DNA of 64,000 bases from an uncultured Bdellovibrio sp. (GCA_963932905.1 CAWVRN010000018.1:23628-87627), one strand, 5' to 3'; positions 20,122-30,788 are shown, numbered from the stretch's first letter. Program-made: numbers and translations. Notes: generated by a model not told the origin, from the letters alone.

Positions 20122-20475
20122 GGTTTTGCTATAAGCCGGATTCTGTCTTGGTTATAGGTCCCTTAAACCTACTTCCATGTATGACTATTTATCTGGGAGA
20201 AATGTCACCATTTCCCTCGAGCGATCTTACCCGGGAGCTCGTTAGAACCGAACTTAGCGCTCCCCTATTTGATCTTGCTTCGTGCAGAGTTTAGCTGTTT
20301 TCACTCCAGCAGCTCCCTAAAAGACTCCCGTTCCCGTCAATTAGATCAAAGCTCTGGACATTCTCTCTGTTCCACTGTTCCTCGCCTTACGACGGAAGGG
20401 CGTTACCCTTTGCACTGTTCAATGAAGTCCGGACTTTCCTCCCTGCCTCACGACAGAGCAATCATCCGCAAAACC
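20122..20475 (-). ncRNA. rnpB: RNase P RNA, bacterial type A-like
   Basis: Minus strand has P1 GGTTTTGC/GCAAAACC, GAGGAAAGTCCGG (CR-I), P8/P9 hairpins, GTGAAA...TAAACTC and ACAGAATCCGGCTTA (CR-V). Confidence 0.97.
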
Positions 20476-20557
20476 TTGTTTTATCTACCATAAACCATTG
20501 GATTTTTCAAATTCCTTATGGGATAAGAAATTATTACTATTTTTCGGGGGATTTAAC

Positions 20558-21040
20558 ATGAAATTCAATTACGTAATCGCATTCGTTATCACTGCGACTC
20601 TATCTTTCTCAACTAGCTTTGCCAACGAAAACGCTCAAGCTAAGACATCCGCTCACGAAGCCGTTGCCGCTGCACACGGTTCGGAAGAACACGCTGCGGG
20701 TAAATTGTTTCCTCAACCTAAACAAAACAAATCAAAGTCAACACCTCCAGGTAAAACTGAATTAATCGAACCAGCGTTCATGGCGCAAGTGGCCGGTTCT
20801 ACCGTGACCCTAAAATGGAATGCAGTTGATACAGCAGAAAACTATCACTTACAAGTAGCTACAGATCCAAATTTCAAATGGTTAAAAGTGAACGAAAACT
20901 TTGTTAAACGTCCAAGCTACGATCTAAGCGGTCTTGAAGCCGGTCAAAAATACTACTGGAGAGTCGCAGCAGTTAAAAACTCGAACGATCCAATGTACAT
21001 CAAAGGTCCTTTCGAAGTTTCTAGTTTTGAAACTAAGTAA
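20558..21040 (+). CDS. Secreted fibronectin type III domain protein
   Basis: Signal peptide from ATG 20558 (GGGG RBS); LKW...YHLQVA...GLEAGQKYYWRVAA is an FN3 pattern. Confidence 0.75.
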   Translation: MKFNYVIAFVITATLSFSTSFANENAQAKTSAHEAVAAAHGSEEHAAGKLFPQPKQNKSKSTPPGKTELIEPAFMAQVAGSTVTLKWNAVDTAENYHLQVATDPNFKWLKVNENFVKRPSYDLSGLEAGQKYYWRVAAVKNSNDPMYIKGPFEVSSFETK

Positions 21041-21052
21041 TAGGAGTTTCCT

Positions 21053-21697
21053 TTGAATCACGATTACGTTCTAAAACAACTCTCTTGGCGCTATGCTGTT
21101 AAAAAATTTGATTCTTCAAAAAAGATCAGCGCCAAGGATTGGGAAATTTTAGAAGAATCGTTAAGACTCTCGCCCTCTTCCTACGGTCTGCAACCATGGA
21201 AATTTATCGTCGTTCAAAACCGCGATATTCTGAAACAACTGACCTCGTTATCTTGGGGTCAGTCACAAATCGAAGATTGCTCGCACTACGTTGTTATCAC
21301 TTCCAAAATTAAATTAGATGAAGAGCTGATCACAAAACACGTAAATAAAACGGCTGAAGTTCGTGGCATGGACCCCAAACTTCTAGAGGGTTATAAGCGA
21401 GTCATGGTCGGCGATTTAATCAATGGTCCTCGTGGTGAGACGATATATCACTGGGCTCAACGTCAAGCTTACATCGCGATGGGTTTCATCATGGAAACCG
21501 CTGCTGTATTAGAAATCGATACTTGTCCATTAGAAGGCCTTGATCCTAAAGGGTATGATAAAGTACTGGGTCTTGAAAACACAGGCTATGGCACCGTTGC
21601 GGGCGTTGCTTGTGGGTATCGCCATGCAGATGATAAATACCAGCACATCAAGAAAGTACGTTTCGACAAAGCCGACGTTATTTCTTATATCAAATAA
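21053..21697 (+). CDS. NAD(P)H-dependent nitroreductase (NfsB-like)
   Basis: WRYAVKKFD, SPSSYGLQPWKF, CPLEG, GYR and KVRF; TTG start with AGGAG RBS. Confidence 0.9.
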   Translation: MNHDYVLKQLSWRYAVKKFDSSKKISAKDWEILEESLRLSPSSYGLQPWKFIVVQNRDILKQLTSLSWGQSQIEDCSHYVVITSKIKLDEELITKHVNKTAEVRGMDPKLLEGYKRVMVGDLINGPRGETIYHWAQRQAYIAMGFIMETAAVLEIDTCPLEGLDPKGYDKVLGLENTGYGTVAGVACGYRHADDKYQHIKKVRFDKADVISYIK

Positions 21698-23989
21698 CTA
21701 TTTCTGAATTTTCAATTTATAGAACGTTTCGATGATCTGATCGAAATTAAAACCTTGGATGGCTAACTGGTTCGCAGCCATTAAATCCATGCCTCGTTCG
21801 TGGCCCTCGCCTCTTCCTATGAATTGTGCCTGATCGGAACCAATGGCAGTGATTGAATCGGGGCATGACTTTAATTTGAAATAGGTTCTTAATTTTTCAC
21901 ACGGCATGGGAATTTTCATTCCCGAAATTTCAAAAGTAAATTTATCGCCGGTTTTGGTTCCTGAAAATTCCTCGGACACGGGCCTGTTCAGATAGCCGAA
22001 TAGTTTTTGAATACTGACTGGTTCAGTCCATTCATCAGTGCCACCTAAAGAAAACTCGAGCCACGTTTTTGCTCCCAAATGGGATGAACCAATTTCAAGA
22101 ATCAAATCATCGACCGACTTTTTCTGTGCCGCTGTTACCTGTTCGTAATTTAAATTAAAAGTCTGGCAGATGGTCGTATCGCAAATGGGCTGTTTTTTTG
22201 CGTTCCAAAAAGCCAAGTTGTTTTTAAAAACTAGCAACATGGCTTTTTTTAATTCTTGCCGAAAGCTACCAACTTCCGAGAAAAATACGCTTCTTAAATA
22301 ATGCCACTCACTGGTGTTTAAAACGATTTCCGATCCCAGGCGAGCGCGCGCATTTTTCTCACTAGGAGCTTCATCCAAAACCGCCATCGGTGAATTTTTT
22401 TGAAATGTTAAGTCACCGTAGAGCTTTCTCGGTACTTGATCCTTTGCATGAACATCAAATGGGGCACCGGCGCAAGCTAGGCGAGTCTTCATGCCGGGCA
22501 TTTTTTGAAAATCCAAATTTTCGATATTTGAAATAGGAATCCCATTTCTTAAAACGAGTGTGGGACAAGTCACCCTAATGGCGTTCATCGGGAATCGCGA
22601 TAACACTTGGACTCTAGCACGCGAATCTGGGTGAATTACATATTTTTCGATTTTACTTTTTAATTCTGCGAGTAAATCCGACGGACGATGTCCGGCACGA
22701 TACAAAATCGCTATCTTCGCCGCCAATTCGGTATTAAACACAGCAGCCAAAAAACCCTTTTCAATCGATAAATCCAACTGAGTGGTTGTTCCCGATTTCA
22801 AAGAAACTCCATGCTGCACAAACCAGGATGCGTCTTTAGATTCTGACACCGTTCCCGCCACTGGAGTTTGCTTTAACACCGCAATCGTACTTGGTTTAGT
22901 TTCCAGAATGTAATCGAAAATTTTTGCTAGATCCAGCAAATCCAATTTAATTGTTGGCCACAAACCTATGGCATCCGCCATATTCAACCATTCGGGTTGG
23001 TAAGACGAATTCGTCAGGGTATTTAAAGTTTGAGTATAATTGAGCATTTCATCTGGCTTTACTTTGCTATCTAAGAAAAATCCATTGCAGGAAAAATTAA
23101 GCGCCCGCTTGTAGTTCCATTTTGTCCGCACTGTCTTTCCACATTCCCATTCAATCGTTTTTCTTGGGCTCTTTTCCATGGCTAAATCTTTAAAAAACGA
23201 AACGGCCAGAGGCTTTAGGGTTGATCCTACTGTTTGCTTCTTCTGCCAATTACCTTCGCCAAAGATCACTTCATTCGCTAAGCTATCAAAAACTAAAAAT
23301 CCGTAATCATTTGTATCGCTAGTATTGACCTGATTTCCCTGAATTCGATTGATAAATTCCGCCGCCAGCGTCGACTGTTTTTTTAGAAACACGGGATCTT
23401 GGCATTGTTTGAAGATATCGCTAAACCAATTTTTTAACTCAGACTCCTGATCCTTTTTTACCAGCTCGTTAACCAGACGAGCTACAGAGATAGCCTTGCT
23501 ATTATTAAATGGTGAACTCTGTTTTAGCTCGCGAAAGGCGTCAGCTTTAGCAAATAGTTGATTCTGTCCGTATAGCAATCTCAAATAGTCATCGCTACGC
23601 CAATAAGCAAATAGTTCCTGAACAAATGAGTCCGTTAAAGCAGGGCAATAGCGATTAAAAAATACGTGCGCAATTTCGTGCTTCAACGTTACTCCGATAT
23701 CTTTCTGAACCGTGTAGACGTTAAAATTAATTCGATTTTGGCGTGTCTGCGCTATGTGGTCAGCTGAAATCAAAGAGAAATCGATTTCTAATTCGTGGTC
23801 CGCGGGAACCATTTTCCAATACTGTTCCTCTGTAAACCAGAAATCATTTGCGGTCTTTTCTAAAGACGATTTTAAGATCGCCTTGTCCGCCGCTATATCA
23901 CTAGCAAAGCGGACTTTGAGTTCAGCGTTACTGTTTAGATTCCACAGTAAACATGTTAGAGCGAGTGTAAGAAGCCTTTGTTTCATCAT
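21698..23989 (-). CDS. YfaQ/DUF2300-like secreted protein: HExxH domain + penicillin-binding-like domain + SpoIID/LytB domain
   Basis: Signal peptide MMKQRLLTLALTCLLW from 23989; HEIAH; STLK, SCN, KSG; YLRSVFFSE, CDTTICQ, GRGEGHERGM; last gene of the A2M operon. Confidence 0.75.
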   Translation of the reverse strand: MMKQRLLTLALTCLLWNLNSNAELKVRFASDIAADKAILKSSLEKTANDFWFTEEQYWKMVPADHELEIDFSLISADHIAQTRQNRINFNVYTVQKDIGVTLKHEIAHVFFNRYCPALTDSFVQELFAYWRSDDYLRLLYGQNQLFAKADAFRELKQSSPFNNSKAISVARLVNELVKKDQESELKNWFSDIFKQCQDPVFLKKQSTLAAEFINRIQGNQVNTSDTNDYGFLVFDSLANEVIFGEGNWQKKQTVGSTLKPLAVSFFKDLAMEKSPRKTIEWECGKTVRTKWNYKRALNFSCNGFFLDSKVKPDEMLNYTQTLNTLTNSSYQPEWLNMADAIGLWPTIKLDLLDLAKIFDYILETKPSTIAVLKQTPVAGTVSESKDASWFVQHGVSLKSGTTTQLDLSIEKGFLAAVFNTELAAKIAILYRAGHRPSDLLAELKSKIEKYVIHPDSRARVQVLSRFPMNAIRVTCPTLVLRNGIPISNIENLDFQKMPGMKTRLACAGAPFDVHAKDQVPRKLYGDLTFQKNSPMAVLDEAPSEKNARARLGSEIVLNTSEWHYLRSVFFSEVGSFRQELKKAMLLVFKNNLAFWNAKKQPICDTTICQTFNLNYEQVTAAQKKSVDDLILEIGSSHLGAKTWLEFSLGGTDEWTEPVSIQKLFGYLNRPVSEEFSGTKTGDKFTFEISGMKIPMPCEKLRTYFKLKSCPDSITAIGSDQAQFIGRGEGHERGMDLMAANQLAIQGFNFDQIIETFYKLKIQK

Positions 23990-26900
23990 AAAAATCTTCA
24001 ATTTTTGCGATCCCCGCATTGAATTCACCTGGGTATTGTACGCGGTACATGATACCAACTTGAGTTCCGTTGTCCATCCACCCACGCGAGAAATCAAAGA
24101 ACCAACGTGTTTGGTGATTTAAAATCTCTCTTGTTTTTGTCGACGTCATCAGCGGTAAATTATAAGGGGATCCGCGATACACTTGGTCTTCCTGAATCGT
24201 TTCAAAACCCGCCGGTACGTCATTTGTGACTACATAGTAACGTGACTGCCAGAAATTTCTATCAGTCATGCGGTTGAATTTGATTTCACAGTACACAAGG
24301 TCGCCAACTTGCAATTTTTCGCTGGATTGGATTTCTTTCTTCTCGCCTTTTTCGTTTACTTTATAGTATTTGCGATCGATGTTCCATCCAGCTGCTTTTG
24401 ATTTCAGACTACCATTTGGGGACAATTTAGAAACTTTCGCACGCAAAATCTGATTTTCCATCACAGAATTAACAGAAATCTTGGCTTGATCGGCTAATAA
24501 TTTGTTATTTTTAAATACAACGTTGTAGCCGGTTAGATGATTGCTAACCGTCACTTCTGTGTTAGGCACCAATTTGTCATTTATAGTGACTTCTAACGTT
24601 TTAAGAATTTCTTTCTTAGAAGCTGTCGATTCCATATCTTTATTAATAATATCTACTAATGATGTCAGAGTTACACCGTTGTCGAATGTAGATCCAAAAT
24701 AAAATCCGTTGTAGTTCGCCAAGATATTTTTCTTAATCAACTTATTGATAGAATCTGTTACGTAAGTCACTTTTACAGCCGAACTGTTTTTTGATTTCGC
24801 ACGAGCCACTTCGTTAGTAAAATCAGCCGCCAGAACAAGAGAGCGGTATCCTAATGCCATAGAGGACACTGCTTTACCTGGATAGGCCGCCCAACCGTTC
24901 TGAGCCTGCGGAGCAAAGTTACCATATTGAATTGGACTGGTTGTGTCTTTCATTTGCTCAAGTGATTTTTTAACGAGCTCAACATTCGCATTCACTTCAT
25001 TCGTGAATTCCGTTTTTGCAAATGAATGATTAGCTAGTGTCATCAAAAACAGCGCTCGCTCAAACAGAGTCCCATTTTTAGCAACGTAATCATTTTGAGT
25101 TCTTAGCACGGCTTTAAGATCATTCGGTTTTCTTTCTATAATGTATTTTCTAACTAAAACAGACTCGATATAAGAAAGAACGATACCTTGCGGACTACCT
25201 GGCAAGATATTTTTCGTCGTCAGCCAATCATAAGTGACTCGGAAGTCATACAAGCTGACGTAGGTTACTCGTTCAGATAGAGCCAAATTCAACATCACAA
25301 GTAACGTCATATTTAAATCAGGCTCGCCAGAATCAGCAAACCATCCGAAACCACCCGTCTTAGACTGGAATTGTGACAATCGCCTGAATCCAATTCCCGC
25401 ATTATCTGTAGCTGCGCGAAGAATTTTACCTTGTGCTTCAGTAAGCTTGGCCCCTTTGCTTTTGTAAGACTGAAGGACATCGCTAATTACTTTATTTGAC
25501 AACGTCGTGTTTAGAGTCTGTTCTACGCAGCCATATGGATAGTGAACCATCCATTCCATGTTGCTAAATAGAATGCTCGTGAAATCGTTATATACACTAA
25601 GCTCCAATCCTTGCGCTTTTTCATCTTTTTCTAAAGCTAACTTGAAAGAACTTGTTTCTGGGAAATAGTAATCGTTAACCAAAGTCGCCTTTGGTAAAAT
25701 TCGAATTGAATCTTTAAATTCTAATTTGGCCTTATTGAATTCAAGTGTGCCGTTAAACGAAGTTACCGCTCCTCGGCCAACATCAGCCACTGAGAAATTC
25801 AGATTTTCTGAAACCTGCTGTTTAGGTTTTAAAGAAACATTTAAGTCTGTTTTTCCTGTAAAGCTGATAATTTCGTTGTTTTCAGGTTGAGCCGAATACT
25901 TGACCGCAGTTTCTTGGGTAATCTCGTTTCCAGTTATGTTAACGCGTATTCTAGATTTATCGGTGCTTCTTAAGAACGGTGGATAGCCAACTAACAGAGT
26001 CACTGGCAGTTGCGATTTAAATTGCGTGGTCGATTCACCGAATCGACCTTCTTTATCCACAACAACTGCGGTGACACGCCAAATTGTTTGATTTCCTGGC
26101 ATATTGAATTTAACTTCGACTTCGCCCGCTTCGTTAGTCACTAAGTTTGCTTTCCAATAAGCAGTGTCTTTAATATCCATCGGTTTGGATTGGTTTTTGT
26201 TAGCGGCTAATACGTGATTAGGTTTAAACAATTTTGCGATTTGTTCCCCATATCCGTAACCTTGAAAATGCGAAGAATAGAACGACATTAAATTTAAACG
26301 CGTCATCGGATAAAAGAAATCACCTAACTTCGGTCTGAATTCGGGCTGCAAATCTAACACAGCCTGATCAACAACCGCTAAAGCCACTTCGGCTTTTACC
26401 GGTTTTCCAGCGGAATTTGAAATTTTAAATTTGATCTTTTGTTCTGAACCTGGAATCACGTTATCTATTTTACTAACCCACTGAACTTTAAGTTTCTTAT
26501 CTGGGTCCATAATTTTAAATGGAGCGCGCTTTTCAATCCATCCACGCTCGGGATGAGCATAACTGACAACAAAATAGATTTGGTTCCCGTATTCGCTTAA
26601 AACTTTCTCGTTAATCCAGAATGATCTGCCATTCACAGGAATCACTTGAGTTTTAAATATTTTATTTCCCGCTAGCGTTAAAAATACTTGGCCATTGTTA
26701 GAACCCGCGGCACCCCATTTGTCTGGCATCGCTACGAAAATCTTAATTGTTTCATTTTGTCCTACTTCTGATTGATTGGTTAGTAGTCGGATCTCATCAT
26801 TGTTAACCGCACTCACTCCCGGAGTTTTTCCCACTAACACGATATCGGCCGAGGTTTTGTCAGGATTTCTCTTCTTATCCCACAAAGTAACTTCTGCGCG

Positions 26901-28769
26901 CATTTCACCGACTAAATTCGGATCATCTGGCAAGTCGACCTTAGCGATTCCTTTCGCGTTCGTTTTTATTTTTTTAGATTGGATTGTTTTATCGCCAAGG
27001 ATGTATTTCACTTCCCCATCGATATCCGGCATCGTTTTACCACTGACTGTCTTGGACATGACCGTCAACACGGCTTCTTTACCCGATTCAACGACAATTT
27101 TATTAAAACGGGCCAGTGTAGATACTTCGCTGGCTAAGTCAAAAAATGATTTGCTACCATAGATGACGTTGTCATCCGCATCTTGTGAATAAACCTCAAC
27201 TTTGTAGGAATAATTTAGATTTTTAGGGCCCGGCAAATTATCAGGAATTTTAACTTCGAAATCTGCGAATCCCTTTTCATCGAACTTGATCTCTTGATTC
27301 GCGACGATTGTTTCTGGCGCCATACTGCGGGCGCCTTTGTTGCCATCATCTCCGTATGTGACCGTCGATCCTGTTTCACCCATACCTGCATCTTCCACCC
27401 ATTGTGATGATTCGACACGATTGCGATATACATTCACATACGACATGATAATTTTCGGTGCTCCGCCTGCATAACGTTCCGCTTGCACACGAAATTTCAA
27501 TTTATCGCCTTGTTTCGCCGTTTCTTGATCATTCATTAATTTCAAGAAATAGATCGGTTTGACGTATTCTTTTACACGAATCTCGCTGGCATGTTCAATT
27601 TTGCTGAGTTTAGCTACGACTCGGTATACTCCTGGCGCATCCGGGCTGTTAATTTTCAAACTGCCATCGAACGTCCCAAAATCAGTGAACTTAACTGTCG
27701 TTGATGCCGACACTTTACTATCAGCGGTATTGTAAATTTCAACTTTGACGGCAGATTTGTCGGGACTCAAATTACTTCGGCCATTAGCTAAATTTCTTAA
27801 GATACCTTTAAAAGAAACTGTATCGCCGTCGCGATATAGCGGGCGATCTGTAAAAAGAAATACATCAGGGAATGAAACTTGAGTTGAAAAATACTCGGAA
27901 TCAATGATCGCCGTGCCTTGAGGCGAGTTAATCACGGTTAATAAATCGTTTTCTTTTACATTATCAATACGAACTTCGCCATTCGCATCCGTTTTAACTT
28001 CGTTCACCCAGCTACCTGCTAAATTGCGAACGGAAACTTGTGCATCAGCAATTGGTTTAGCCTGGCGATTAAACACGCGATAAATCAACGTATTTGCCGA
28101 CCGTTGCATATAACCAATAACATCGTTAACCGCCAAAACCACCTGACCTTCGTTATTTCCCTGAATAACTTGAATCAAGTAGAAACCTGATGGCAACTTT
28201 GGCAAATCTACGACCTTAGTATTTAATCGCGACGAATCCATGTAACTGCCCCATTCTTCAAATCCCGGGACATCGAAATCTTTTTTTGCATCTTGTTTTT
28301 CAGGATTTAAAACTACTTCCGTACGCAGTTTAAATCCTTTAGGAATTTGAATTAACTTTTCTGGTCCCGCTTTGCTGGGCGAAAGATAGGGAGAATCGTT
28401 AGCACCGCCTAGTTTTTCAACTAAGTCTTTTTTCACTCCGTAATTTAAATTAGTACGAATCCAATCAAAATTGCTACGGTCTTCGTTAAACCCCAATGTC
28501 ATAAAATGCGCGGGATTATATTCATAGCCCGGCTTTTTCCAAGCTCTACGCAAATCAATTTGAGTCGCGATAAACTGTTTCTTATCTTCCGGCTCTAATA
28601 TTTTGATATAGATTGGAGCTTCAGAAGAATAGTTCACTTCCAGTTTTGGATTTTCACTTGGCGAAAAATCGCGGCGTATGGTTAAATAAAACGGCTTTGC
28701 AACAAGCACGTCCGCGAACGAAACAAGCATCAACAGCATCAATAGAAATTTATTCATATGAACCTTCAT
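23928..28769 (-). CDS. yfaS: Bacterial alpha-2-macroglobulin, YfaS/MagD-type, with intact thioester motif
   Basis: 1613 aa; TDRPLYRDGD (MG2), EYVKP, LAVVD, DTAYW, YPYGCVEQT, GGFGWF, IDRKYY and PAG. Confidence 0.92.
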   Translation of the reverse strand: MKVHMNKFLLMLLMLVSFADVLVAKPFYLTIRRDFSPSENPKLEVNYSSEAPIYIKILEPEDKKQFIATQIDLRRAWKKPGYEYNPAHFMTLGFNEDRSNFDWIRTNLNYGVKKDLVEKLGGANDSPYLSPSKAGPEKLIQIPKGFKLRTEVVLNPEKQDAKKDFDVPGFEEWGSYMDSSRLNTKVVDLPKLPSGFYLIQVIQGNNEGQVVLAVNDVIGYMQRSANTLIYRVFNRQAKPIADAQVSVRNLAGSWVNEVKTDANGEVRIDNVKENDLLTVINSPQGTAIIDSEYFSTQVSFPDVFLFTDRPLYRDGDTVSFKGILRNLANGRSNLSPDKSAVKVEIYNTADSKVSASTTVKFTDFGTFDGSLKINSPDAPGVYRVVAKLSKIEHASEIRVKEYVKPIYFLKLMNDQETAKQGDKLKFRVQAERYAGGAPKIIMSYVNVYRNRVESSQWVEDAGMGETGSTVTYGDDGNKGARSMAPETIVANQEIKFDEKGFADFEVKIPDNLPGPKNLNYSYKVEVYSQDADDNVIYGSKSFFDLASEVSTLARFNKIVVESGKEAVLTVMSKTVSGKTMPDIDGEVKYILGDKTIQSKKIKTNAKGIAKVDLPDDPNLVGEMRAEVTLWDKKRNPDKTSADIVLVGKTPGVSAVNNDEIRLLTNQSEVGQNETIKIFVAMPDKWGAAGSNNGQVFLTLAGNKIFKTQVIPVNGRSFWINEKVLSEYGNQIYFVVSYAHPERGWIEKRAPFKIMDPDKKLKVQWVSKIDNVIPGSEQKIKFKISNSAGKPVKAEVALAVVDQAVLDLQPEFRPKLGDFFYPMTRLNLMSFYSSHFQGYGYGEQIAKLFKPNHVLAANKNQSKPMDIKDTAYWKANLVTNEAGEVEVKFNMPGNQTIWRVTAVVVDKEGRFGESTTQFKSQLPVTLLVGYPPFLRSTDKSRIRVNITGNEITQETAVKYSAQPENNEIISFTGKTDLNVSLKPKQQVSENLNFSVADVGRGAVTSFNGTLEFNKAKLEFKDSIRILPKATLVNDYYFPETSSFKLALEKDEKAQGLELSVYNDFTSILFSNMEWMVHYPYGCVEQTLNTTLSNKVISDVLQSYKSKGAKLTEAQGKILRAATDNAGIGFRRLSQFQSKTGGFGWFADSGEPDLNMTLLVMLNLALSERVTYVSLYDFRVTYDWLTTKNILPGSPQGIVLSYIESVLVRKYIIERKPNDLKAVLRTQNDYVAKNGTLFERALFLMTLANHSFAKTEFTNEVNANVELVKKSLEQMKDTTSPIQYGNFAPQAQNGWAAYPGKAVSSMALGYRSLVLAADFTNEVARAKSKNSSAVKVTYVTDSINKLIKKNILANYNGFYFGSTFDNGVTLTSLVDIINKDMESTASKKEILKTLEVTINDKLVPNTEVTVSNHLTGYNVVFKNNKLLADQAKISVNSVMENQILRAKVSKLSPNGSLKSKAAGWNIDRKYYKVNEKGEKKEIQSSEKLQVGDLVYCEIKFNRMTDRNFWQSRYYVVTNDVPAGFETIQEDQVYRGSPYNLPLMTSTKTREILNHQTRWFFDFSRGWMDNGTQVGIMYRVQYPGEFNAGIAKIEDFYDETKASYTRSNMFTVESKQ

Positions 28770-30215
28770 CTACTTTAAAATTAAATTTTGATCTTTAGCT
28801 GAACCTTTAACTAAGTACTTTGGCAGCTGGTCTAATAATTTCTGACTCTTCGTTAACTCTTCTGGCATCGTGGGAGGCAGCTTCGCTTGTTTAGCCTTCG
28901 ACAAATAGCCTTGTTCGATTTTCGATGACATCCATTTCCCAACGTCGGCAAAGAAGCTCATCGAGTTTTCTTGTAACGCTAATTCAGACGCCTTTAGTTC
29001 ACTTCGATCTAAGATCGAAGGCAATTTGCGATCACACACATTTTGGATCTTTTGCAGAACGTCTTTAGATCGACTGACAACAAGGGACTTGCCGCAAACT
29101 GGACGAGTAAAGACTTCTCCAAATTTTGTTTCAAAAACCTTTCCAATACCATCTAACTGAGCTTGGTTAATCGCGCCCGTTTCAATGATTAACGCGTTCT
29201 CGGCCTCTAATTTGTCGCCCACTTTAACCGGGATTTGCAGCAACACTGCGGCCGCTTGCTTCTGGAAATCCTTTGCACGCTTGGTGGACGTTAAAAAGTT
29301 CTTAACGCTATTGACCGTCATGGCACCATTCCAAATTTTAATATTTCCAATCACAAAGAAATGACTATCTGAAGGTAGAATTTTTAATAACTCGTTCGCC
29401 ACTTTTTTATTCACAAAAATATTATCTTTATTTAAGCCCATCGCGATAGGTGCCAGGTCAAAACGGTTTTCGCCATTATTCCATTGGAAAGGAACTTTCA
29501 TCGATTCACTCAAGCCAATTACTTTTTCTCTAACCATCATCAGGCCAGGAAATACCATCGACAAATTGACGTCGACTTCTAAATCAGAATTTATTTTAAC
29601 TGGCTTACAATCGCGTGACATTGCGAATACTACTTTTGGGTCTTTACCAATTGAAAAACACGAACCGTCTTTCTTAACGGCCCACTTCTGAGCTTTGATT
29701 TCAATAAGGCTGATTTTACCAGTCGTACCATCAGACAAATTAATATCTTTGTCGTCACCCATTTTAAATAACTTTATTAGCTGATCGATCGCCTTAGATT
29801 CCGGACCACTTAAACCACTGACCGAAATGCCCCACGGACTTGATAGTCTAGGTTGTTGATAATAGAAAACCTGAACCGGACGATTCTTTAAAGCCGATTC
29901 ATATACGTAATCAATCAAACGCCCTGACCAAGTGGAATCTTTGCTAGCAGAAAATTCGTCTGGTAGCGAAAACAGAGTTGGGTACAAGTCATATAACAAT
30001 CCATAGTATAATGGCGATTGTCTAAAATCCAAAAACCATTTGTTTTTGGATATAACATTGTATACGTGCTGCGAGTTTTTTACGGAGGCTACTAGCGAGG
30101 GTTTAAATGGCCGCTCCTTTGGCGCCGCGGTTTCTTCAGCCGCGAAACCAATGGCACCTGTTAAAAATGCGATAGTCAGTGATGCTATTAATGCTATTTT
30201 ACCCATGCGTTCCAC
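28770..30215 (-). CDS. Secreted A2M-operon protein, YfaA/DUF2138-like by position
   Basis: Signal peptide; directly abuts the A2M gene. Family assignment rests mostly on synteny. Confidence 0.55.
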   Translation of the reverse strand: MERMGKIALIASLTIAFLTGAIGFAAEETAAPKERPFKPSLVASVKNSQHVYNVISKNKWFLDFRQSPLYYGLLYDLYPTLFSLPDEFSASKDSTWSGRLIDYVYESALKNRPVQVFYYQQPRLSSPWGISVSGLSGPESKAIDQLIKLFKMGDDKDINLSDGTTGKISLIEIKAQKWAVKKDGSCFSIGKDPKVVFAMSRDCKPVKINSDLEVDVNLSMVFPGLMMVREKVIGLSESMKVPFQWNNGENRFDLAPIAMGLNKDNIFVNKKVANELLKILPSDSHFFVIGNIKIWNGAMTVNSVKNFLTSTKRAKDFQKQAAAVLLQIPVKVGDKLEAENALIIETGAINQAQLDGIGKVFETKFGEVFTRPVCGKSLVVSRSKDVLQKIQNVCDRKLPSILDRSELKASELALQENSMSFFADVGKWMSSKIEQGYLSKAKQAKLPPTMPEELTKSQKLLDQLPKYLVKGSAKDQNLILK

Positions 30216-30784
30216 CTATATACCCCTACGAAATTTTTATTATCTTGAGTTGGTTTCCAATCTGATTGTTCGGTACTCATTAAATCGCTCATCCACAGTT
30301 TTTTAACGCCACCAGTTTCATCGCGAGCCCCGTTGTGGTATGTGACTAACCACTTGCTTTGCTCCCAAGGTGATTCCATCACCATCATTAAATGCCATTG
30401 GTCTTCTTTCTTTTGGCCGTCCCGACGAAAAACTAGAATATCTCCGGTCTTCATCGAATCTCCGGGGACGGTTGAAATTTTCGAAAAATTCTTAGCAACT
30501 AAAAGTTCGGCATTGGCATATGGAATTCTCTCACCGTCATTCCAAGAATTCCAAAGAGGACCTTTGGGCTTGATAGCACTCTTATATACAAATCGCACAA
30601 ACCCTGCGCAATCACGTTGCTGTGGTTCCCAACTAGCCGACGGCTTCTCTGACTGTTCCAGAGCCACTCGAATAAGATTCATTTTATAATAAGATTGATC
30701 TTCGACTTTTTCCGCGACAATAGATTTGGTTTGGCAACCCATTACGCCGAAGAAAAGAAAACCCATTAACAGTTGTTTCGGCAT
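30194..30784 (-). CDS. yfaT: DUF1175 family lipoprotein (YfaT-like, Cys/His NlpC/P60-like)
   Basis: Lipobox VMGC; QRDCAGFVRF, GDILVF, HLM, YHNG, and W.P...N.NF.GVYR. Confidence 0.85.
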   Translation of the reverse strand: MPKQLLMGFLFFGVMGCQTKSIVAEKVEDQSYYKMNLIRVALEQSEKPSASWEPQQRDCAGFVRFVYKSAIKPKGPLWNSWNDGERIPYANAELLVAKNFSKISTVPGDSMKTGDILVFRRDGQKKEDQWHLMMVMESPWEQSKWLVTYHNGARDETGGVKKLWMSDLMSTEQSDWKPTQDNKNFVGVYRWNAWVK

Positions 30785-30788
30785 ACTG

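Noticed and set aside
20269..20493. 74-aa plus-strand ORF
   Set aside because: Antisense to rnpB; a shadow ORF of the RNA gene.
23990..24097. N-terminal extension of the YfaQ-like ORF in the track (similarly 13352, 14464, 20498, 32100, 61415)
   Set aside because: Downstream ATGs give better signal peptides, RBSs or coupling and reduce overlap with neighbouring genes.
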